The notes under the pieces are model-generated. The model was not told where the DNA came from. It saw nothing but the letters and a program-made list of their open reading frames with translations, and did not search any database. Both the position numbers and the translations under genes were made by a program. Shown here piece after piece: positions 57,701 through 64,000 of a DNA stretch of 64,000 bases. The first letter of the stretch is position 1. Every line of letters starts with the position of its first letter. Source of the DNA: Setoptus koraiensis (lineage: Eukaryota; Animalia; Arthropoda); the NCBI GenBank assembly GCA_048013815.1, contig CM106586.1:21948001-22012000 (forward strand), in the 5' to 3' direction.

Positions 57701-60402
57701 CGAAGTTGATCATATATTTCTATGATTAATTGATTGGATAGAAGATTAGAAGCTGAGCTTAAGATTGATCTTGATCTAGATTCATGGCTAGGGGACATGG
57801 AAAAAAGTTGATCACTTGTCTCTTGATCCATGGATAACGATTGAGTTGAACCCCTTCGACTACTAGATGGAATAGATTCCTTGCTAATCAGAGAAGAGGA
57901 TGGCGTGCCAGTGGGATTCAAAGTGGATCTAATAAATTTATCATCAATAACACAGACAAAAGCGTTAAGTAACTTCACCAAATGATTGAAGCATATTTCT
58001 AAACATTCTTGGAATACTGGAGGGTCAATCTTGAGGGATGCCCATTGTTCTGGTGCTTTCAGAGTTGTTTTATGCTCTTCGAATCGAGTTTTGACACTTT
58101 GGTGACAAAGAGCTACAAGTATAGTTTGCGAAAGTGCTATAAATTTTCTGTAGGCATCTAAATCTTTTCGAATCGATGCGGTACTGCTGATGTATGACAG
58201 TAAAAAATTGAGCAACTCAAAGCATTTAGAATTTGCATTTGCCCTACAATCCCAACAGTCTGGATATTCTATTATTGGATAAAGATTTGCCAACTCGTTA
58301 ATACTGTTCACTATTGACGCGATTTCTTTTTTCTTATCGAAGTTTTCATAGAGAATGTCATTTAGGAAATTCACCATGTGATGTAAGTTGACAATCATAT
58401 TCTTATTAAGTTCTACCCGGTTGTTGGCACTATTGTTTTCAACATTTTCGTGTATTATTGACGAAGATAAAGTTTTGAGTTTAAGTGATTTCATATTGTT
58501 ATCATCATCGCCACAAACTAGTTTTGAAGTTTTGTTATCTGCTGGACTAATGATATGTTTCAGTATGATGAAATGTTCCGAGGCTAAATCTTGAGCTAAA
58601 GCCACTATCGGATCGCTAGGGGTGCTGTAATCAATCTGCCTGTTGTTATCACGATTGCAATGGAGGATATATAACCTTGGCACTATTTTGAGTAGACAAC
58701 TTGATGCTCCAGCTCGCACTTTGGGGTCCTCATTGAGTAGACCATTCGAAAGACACTTCAAAACACGGTCTTGAATACAGCCAACATACGAGTTGCTCAC
58801 TCTATTGGTTGTATGTATCCAGTGATAGTTTTCAAGGTAACTGATTGTTCTATAATTTAAATTAGTAAAAAGTTCGAATAATTCAATCTTGACTAGCCAA
58901 TAGGATTCAATCGTGACAAGTTGCAACAGACAATAAAAATCTGTAGGTTGAACAATATGTATGCAATGATCAGTCTCTAGAAGAGCTGGCAAGCAATTGT
59001 TGATTGCACTTACGCAAGCCTTCAATGTTAACGGTGGAAGAGTTTTGTCTTTTATAGTATCAATCAATTCAGTCCATGATTTTTTAACTAGATTACAACA
59101 TTTTGATTCCGCAAATAATCGCTCCTCTAACTCGGTAGTTTTGTGGAAATGATTGCGCCAACAAGAAGCCAAAAACGTACCCCTTATTGTTGCAAGATTA
59201 CTCTGTATTTGAGGGTCTGCGTGACTCTTTAGTAGGAACACATCTTCGACGGACTGATGTTGTAACTCTGAATCTGGTCCTGTTGCGTTTTTATCTAGTC
59301 GTAAAAACAATATCTCAGGTTTGAGGTTGATAATAGAGGCTAGGCAGGCTAGTGTCAATGCTTTGATGCTAACTCTGGAATGTGAATCTGGCCAATATTG
59401 TCCTTTTTGACCGGTAAGCAAAAATCTGGTTACTATCAATCTCGTACAATCAGTGAGTAATTGTGAATTGTGAGTTTCATTGAAATCTATCAGCCAGGAT
59501 TCGTGAATGGAAATCAGTGCTTCTAAAGCTGACGAGATTATTGTTATGTCTTGACTAGTTTTTATAGTGGAAAGAATCAGGTCGGCCATTTTGCACAGTT
59601 CATTATTAATCTTATTTGTGGCTTTTAAATAAGGTAACAATAGTCTGAGACAAATAAATGAACCAATACATGACGTTTGTGGTTGAGCTGTCATCTCGAT
59701 GCTTTGCTCCACTGATTCTATAAGTAATTCTAATAGTTGCATGCATGACGATTTAGGATCGCGAGTATTTCTGAACACATCAACTAAAGCCGACGATGAC
59801 AATCTCTTAATGTTGGGCGGTTGATGTTTAATGTTGTCACGTAGAGCTTCTATAAGTTGGGTGAAAGATTCCTGAATTTCTTTATCTTTGTCCATATAGA
59901 AACCTATAAATGGCATGCATTTCTCAATTGCAACACCCAATGCCTCTTGTATTGGCTCTTCATCGCCTTTGCGTGCCACCTCAATAAAACTCTTGATTAT
60001 TTCATGCACCTCCCGGCTTACGTCAACCGGTTGGACATTGTGCTGAAGGTAGGCCAATCTGATGAGGGCAGCTCTCAATGTGCGACTAGTTGCGTTGCTT
60101 TTGATCACTTCCAAATATGCCTTCAGTATATATGGGTAATACTGATTTTGGAATGTCTTGATGATCTGATTGAGACAATCACCGGATAGCATGCGAACTG
60201 AATCATTATCATCGCCGCACAATGTTAAATGAGCCCTGATGGTGGAATCTAGAAATTTTGCAAAGTCCGCATGTGAGCGAATTTGTTTGGATAGTATGGA
60301 TTTGGTGGCTTTCTCAATGAATTCCTTCTTGTCGTGAACTGTCGTGTCCAGATTTGTAAATTTGAGATTGTTGATCAATTTCTCCAAGTCAGTTGAAGCC
60401 AT
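51784..60402 (-). CDS. HTT: Huntingtin (2872 aa, intronless)
   Basis: N-terminal LTLCGDDNDSVRMLSGDCLNQIIK; C-HEAT motifs VPPVLWK, LLQEIDILDRFSYRLSAIGWTNRIQFEEIWMSLLGV, VDFRSCIHLLLDVYE, VMERIS; ends in TAA TAG. Confidence 0.93.
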   Translation of the reverse strand: MASTDLEKLINNLKFTNLDTTVHDKKEFIEKATKSILSKQIRSHADFAKFLDSTIRAHLTLCGDDNDSVRMLSGDCLNQIIKTFQNQYYPYILKAYLEVIKSNATSRTLRAALIRLAYLQHNVQPVDVSREVHEIIKSFIEVARKGDEEPIQEALGVAIEKCMPFIGFYMDKDKEIQESFTQLIEALRDNIKHQPPNIKRLSSSALVDVFRNTRDPKSSCMQLLELLIESVEQSIEMTAQPQTSCIGSFICLRLLLPYLKATNKINNELCKMADLILSTIKTSQDITIISSALEALISIHESWLIDFNETHNSQLLTDCTRLIVTRFLLTGQKGQYWPDSHSRVSIKALTLACLASIINLKPEILFLRLDKNATGPDSELQHQSVEDVFLLKSHADPQIQSNLATIRGTFLASCWRNHFHKTTELEERLFAESKCCNLVKKSWTELIDTIKDKTLPPLTLKACVSAINNCLPALLETDHCIHIVQPTDFYCLLQLVTIESYWLVKIELFELFTNLNYRTISYLENYHWIHTTNRVSNSYVGCIQDRVLKCLSNGLLNEDPKVRAGASSCLLKIVPRLYILHCNRDNNRQIDYSTPSDPIVALAQDLASEHFIILKHIISPADNKTSKLVCGDDDNNMKSLKLKTLSSSIIHENVENNSANNRVELNKNMIVNLHHMVNFLNDILYENFDKKKEIASIVNSINELANLYPIIEYPDCWDCRANANSKCFELLNFLLSYISSTASIRKDLDAYRKFIALSQTILVALCHQSVKTRFEEHKTTLKAPEQWASLKIDPPVFQECLEICFNHLVKLLNAFVCVIDDKFIRSTLNPTGTPSSSLISKESIPSSSRRGSTQSLSMDQETSDQLFSMSPSHESRSRSILSSASNLLSNQLIIEIYDQLRQSYQSGRSNIDQSDEKYYQLLETCLESIGKLMEYLSLNFITKHAKNLLIYFKTTASFSSSLSIMCSRQLLKSLFGLNILCLYIQEPPEYRGYSTSSNQIDPKAQPSDTFENSQDRISNSQINHCDSPNSSSKFSDASLGGVYYHLISTPSEKFSSYYATKSSQITPSSNVGLSTLNYEIKKTLRIRKCIEKRATSLFEAKNLTPMMFELRTLLLSHITDFSPVVIDSMESFINTGFCMAQCESLQLMCYLILIKVNYKLLDKSGRFIQSVYKLLDLIGDKVFNNRTPLLDQLIQNCFTFLILLSYERCQSEPITQMASIIQKFDHLRASEQDPNIYIIPALKCLVEDLFLCRNTNQLPNDTDVSSVEVFEAGREMVSKSLIDLVEHPAIYDMLSILLQESRHDDSEIKCKKLSQKLTSTIYPMLCRQRIDLENYESIEKIHTILESISPDVFKPIEFIMETLFSNQTTHRNDILGDSATFDRWLGLILLIMRILITQVNEEVFLVRLDETKMSLAHLWPFQMMFFESAANNPGSADKNSPAATTKTDIKSTDSTTAGDHSDILSSHNLSSTSSSVSSSSQSSPLPNLNENNYMMCISSDDLMAEYLLHVAQICIAEILYRNMNHRYELLLVQQLSSYLIYLAHMFQSGLYCRLTRSAMNLIQRAQPLNDDSLIDLLSDARNLNKGFCLAKCSALFGRINSIYPDLTIQWCNILMLVNCVDCNDAFWQRLLSYECSNCCSTLVDSTDQSGDIGKGGDTTIEEEEDSLSNDDFVFKRTYISKPSSLGLDKTTFDGQLRKSFIKKITSNMTPVTSNSHQTFINDYCQASQRLAPNMELSRRGTLCLVLDFVSVNMNDVEHITWIIINYINDLISWSHELPISDFIKAIHRNSASSGLFIQAINARCNDLNSFVFIHKMLESLSDVHHTQYGSLVILLVEKLLISPQLLPYLTLASEIESRACETIRKLLNETNRNYITTSEEVANQMTLVDVDRLLGLIDNGRYPDLSEHIKKLMDYINKQSEPPLIGDDLQNEDNSPQQGPSIVLQLINGSKQSITDSESLESLDQSRFVEHFNHYLSQQCSDRRAIQLIQKLQIEDVMNILRKPTLDLEKLASCIIIGSNSLLAKLNTSSVDFDQEQPLTWTLLEVSINALFEEIDSVLDIMEKSCPPQLLEQIKIHHDCYFLPEAELSPDEIYYLKWKSKILSDQKLCLVERLIHLSSPFQSFVTHYIPLIAQLSYIPKLQLPTLGEDLLNKITQIFRLYAELVNWMSSDQARYSYILHLVPSLNSMKVCLSSRYIMDYAKKDVSLLCTVISSVHTLCKCYLTHNVECDRPSQWSLDDNDSKDRREQRQIKHVRRACINGVELIDFQEQLENIHKSLNNDCKLNTPMIYDVLRPLLVLVCRITLINSFLLVPPVLWKRCTWPMKTDKMDEDKFKVNMSMIPSDLLQEIDILDRFSYRLSAIGWTNRIQFEEIWMSLLGVFARSLDQQAQATSPSDLDDKERLRLACLTIKTITRLLLTAKLSRPGDPTSVLANHCDTNAVFKILDISRGINKKLHDIRQQTKATLEVLNGMSNSNSNNCDLGKYFTISSQQLRTSLSKAEDSGNSSNSPSSSQLISHDNVDFRSCIHLLLDVYEQKLNNKPAPLVTEICKSLISLMDFFTDYTQFEWLHETFNVLFRQAIMNKDDYQMQYLIVGICKSAAVCQLLVNTEGNNLAHFERFRKCLDYCLRSEFMPTRVKALNGIRYILCDNGVRTTVTRQLGQLKQLQLINMLKPIILEYITKHFFSDDGTTTMMVHHIEEDYLTSMWMLALMLCEYSPSDLKELSSTNSQLKNQQQFQIFRQKIIQRSIGALMSETVPKKLFNSVAEHLEILMLLGKLVPTEDETIVKCAMERLKSSQIRLTSLVCLNLLLSSLYKRSQSIDQHQSEGVVDDEKLVSVMERISIISNLISSTLKSLAISPFCSCPGHADNLI

Positions 60403-63400
60403 TGTTATGAATAACCAATAGACAGGTCTTCAAGCTGACAACAAGCGATGAATAATAGTTCAATAGTGTGTATAGATAGACAGTTGATTGTGTTGTTGTT
60501 ATTTCTACAGTGTAAATGGTATAATAATAATCATAATAAATATAGTAGAAGTAGATATTATCAACGGACATCAACAATCACGAACTATGTGGTGGTATAT
60601 GTGCTATGTGTAGTTGACGATCATGGGCCGACATGCATTCAATAATAACAAACCACATTGTCCAAGCCACAATCATATGGAATTATTCAGTTCACAATAC
60701 GTCCGCTAGATGTCTTCGCCTATGACAGTGCGTCCCAATTGAGCGGTGAGTCAGCGATGATGTTCACAAGTCAGCGGCGCACACCCTACTAAAGTTTAGG
60801 GTGCGATGATCAATCGACCAAATTTCCACAGATAACGCTACGTTGGCTTACACAGTTCATTTTTCCAGATGCACGATGGAAGCCACGCAAGCACAGAGTG
60901 TACAAAAGCACACAGTGCGCCTGCAGCAGCACCCATCGCACTCAGCACACTCACCGCGCTCCACGTACGCGCAATGCGAGTTCTGTGCCACTGTGCAGCA
61001 CAGACGCTCTTGTGCCTTGGTTGTTTGATCCGGACACCCTGTAGAGGAGTGCAATGTGAACAACAAAGTCGTTACATAAGCACTCGCACTATCTATAGAA
61101 CAAACGTGTTTATTTGCCGTTGCGCACGAAATCGCAACTACGTCGCGCACCTATGGCGGGAGAACTATCTAGAAATGTTTGAGTTTTGCCGGATATGTCC
61201 AGACAGATTTCCTGTTCTCAATAATCTCACCATCGGGATATTGATCACATTTGGCTCACAGTTAGCTGTGTGACACTATGTGATCATTATTTGGCATTAT
61301 TTAGCTTGTCACGTGCGAATCTCCGGATTCGTCTTGTGGAATCTTGTGTAATTTTGAAAATTGTTGAATGGTCGAAATCACTTTGCACAGCAAAGTATCA
61401 AACTAATGATAGAAACAGTTTCCTTCTATTATGGACCATAATTTATGCTACCATGAACTAGAAATCACTCGGTTGTTTCTCACGGGATACTTATCGAGCT
61501 CTGACTGGTTTGTTGGTTTGAATCGGTAGCATTGTTTAGGAAATTGTTTTACAGGGACTCTAGCATTTTCCACTATCTCTACTGGTGCCCACTGTTCATA
61601 GCGTTAAACTGTGTTAATCGTCAAAGCATGCAAGCATACACCTCAGTGTGTTGAGTGCCTATGGGTGTTTGAATATCACGAGAAAGCAGGGTAATTCGAC
61701 CAATGGTCTCATAATGCCAGATTCGTCGCATCCGTCGGCTCGCCTCGACAAGTGTCGCTGTGATGCTCTCTGTGAGCGATGGGGCCTCTCAAGTTGAGAG
61801 TCTCAACCGTTAGTTCGAGCGGCACATGTTACAAAAACTTGATGCGCTCGCAAGTTGCCGGCAACACACATCACGTTAGCGTTTACACACATTAACTTAA
61901 CTATACATCGGGCTAGAAGTGAGGCTACACAACTTAAGAGAAAAAGTAACAAACTACTGTACTGTATTACCCTGCTTGAATATCATTGAATAGCCTCGCC
62001 GTATGCCCATCGCTATTGGTAGTATATGGCAAGCTCGGGTTATTCGTGCGTGGGCGATAATATTATCGCCATGGGGGCGCAAATGGTGCAGATTGTGCGC
62101 CCATAAACGCCTACGCCCACGCACACACTTGTGCACTTGTAACTTACAAGTTGTAAGTGTTGTGCGAAAATGATGATATAATTAGTTCGTATGCCGCCCA
62201 CGAGAGGTCGTAGCGTGTGGCATATGGCGGCTGCATGAGTAAGTCAGTTTATGTCAGAACAAGGTTGCTGCGCACATTGGTGTGCAATGGAACTTGTTGC
62301 GCACCAACAACAGATATAACATGTTACGTTGTGGCGCGCCATTTCGCCCTAAGGAGCTATGCAAACTTGCATGCTTACCTGGCCTTAATTTCACATGGTG
62401 AGCTCTATGTGAGCTTGTGAATCGCTAATTGTGTGATGTTTGGCAAAAGTAATTAGATCTGGCACAAGAAAACACACTAACTAGCTAATAAATAAACCAT
62501 CACTTACAGGTTGATTGCGAGCGGCGCGGAGCTTGCCAGCGGTGCAGTTGTGCGACTGTAACATGTTGCCGTTCATGTACGCCGGTGATATATATATGTA
62601 TGATATTCATGTTCGCATTAGTGAGCTCATACAGTATGACACAGCAAAGACGCGCAGTCGGCGGAAGAGCGCATAGTGACTGACGTGGCTTGTGCAACAA
62701 CAACAACAACAACAACAAAAACAGCCTATTCGCAGGATGTGTGAGCAATGGTCGTATGACTATCACAAGTCAGTGACTCACGTTGTCATATGACCACCAA
62801 TGGCATATGGCACGGCCATAGGGTCGCTTCGGCAGAGCCACCGTCGGATCGGAAAGCGCCAGCAGCTCGCAGATAATCATCATGCCGCTAGCAGCCATGT
62901 CCGCTGCTGTATTGCAGCGCAACAGCAAGTAGCGCCTAGTTCTCGCCTGCTTATGCGTATGACTCAGCACACCATTGTGCCATTGTAACTATCACCGCTC
63001 TAATCACATAGCTGCCATTTTAACAAGTGTCTGCTGCAACTAGTAAATGTGTATGTATATTTGTGTATTAGTGTGGTTGTGCAAAATGGACACCATAGGT
63101 AGAGCCATTGTGTGTGTGTGTGTTTGTGTTGCGTGAGACTGACTTTGCTCACAGCAAATTTTGCTGCTGTCGTTGTTGCATCGTTATCGTCGTTAGCGAG
63201 CATAAAAGAAACTTTTCGTTTCGCGTTCGCTTTTTCCTCATTGCGAACGGCAAATGTCAGAATGAGGCAGCTATTGCAGCAGCCATCAGATCGGATGGAG
63301 CCAACTTCTAGGCGCATAATGCGAGCAACAACTTGCTATTCTTCTTCGCAACTGCTTGCCCTGTTCGTAAACCATGTGATGCCATGGGAGAGAGCAAACC

Positions 63401-64000
63401 AACAACGAGTGACTCTATCTCCTTCGCCATCGGCGTGCACCGGGCACCGTGCACAGTAATGAGTCGCCTTCACTATTTGCTATTCACTATTTGCAGACAC
63501 CAACAGCAGCAGCAGCAACAACAACAACAACAACAGCAACAACAACGTGGACAAAGAAGCCAGAGTTACCTGTGTGAGCCGCTCACGATGGCGCACACAA
63601 GATGTTGTAGTTGTTTTTTATTGCAGCGAAGCATCTCGTCTCGCAGCGGCCAGAGAAATTGATGCTGCTTGTGCTGCTGCTGCCTTCGGAGCTTGAACAA
63701 GAACGGAGATGAGACGCATAAAGCAGCAGCCATTATACATTATACTATTATACACACGCCATGGACTGTACTATAGTCACTATAGTGAATGGCTCGCAGG
63801 CAACAAGTGCAATGCGCTCACCTGTCCCCGCTGAAACTGGCCAGCGCAACCGGCCGCCGGCCTGTTCCATATATCGACTTGTGAGCAGCCCAGGGCAGCA
63901 TCTAGTGGCTGTTGCATCGCCATGATAGATGCTCGCCTACAACTGCAACTGCTATCACTGCTATGCCAACATACCATTAATGCCGTACCATTGGTGCCAC

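Noticed and set aside
60843-64000. Many 60-134 aa ORFs upstream of HTT
   Set aside because: Low-complexity, CA- and CAA-rich, mutually overlapping, no domains; looks like non-coding regulatory DNA.

Overview
Eukaryotic, strongly intron-depleted arthropod DNA. The gene content and almost intronless CDSs best fit a chelicerate such as an eriophyoid mite (inference). Gene order: 3' part of MSH2 (+); a small Id/Emc-type HLH gene (-); glycogen synthase (+, one intron); two full-length, intronless EGFR paralogs arranged head-to-head (6510-10748 minus; 26278-30657 plus) around ~15.5 kb of GC- and simple-repeat-rich non-coding DNA; a 7-exon collagen XV/XVIII (multiplexin)-like gene with an intron-containing tRNA-Ser(UGA) nested antisense in one intron; a two-exon Milton/TRAK (HAP1_N) gene (-); MRPL40 (+), EMC4 (+), HIGD2A (-); and an intronless huntingtin (-). 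The strongest signal is the inverted EGFR pair. It is a mosaic of near-identical tracts (about 950 bp with no mismatch over TM-juxtamembrane-kinase, plus L1 and L2 cores) between clearly diverged N-terminal extensions, Cys-rich regions and C-tails. This points to ongoing gene conversion, and a crossover in the identical tract would invert ~21-23 kb and swap tails between ectodomains without breaking either ORF. The paralogs also share a peptide motif in an otherwise unalignable N-terminal extension and an identically spaced Pumilio-element/K-box/AATAAA cassette in their 3' UTRs. No CRISPR arrays, rRNA or recognisable transposons were seen. All alignments were done by eye; family assignments rest on recalled motifs, not database searches.
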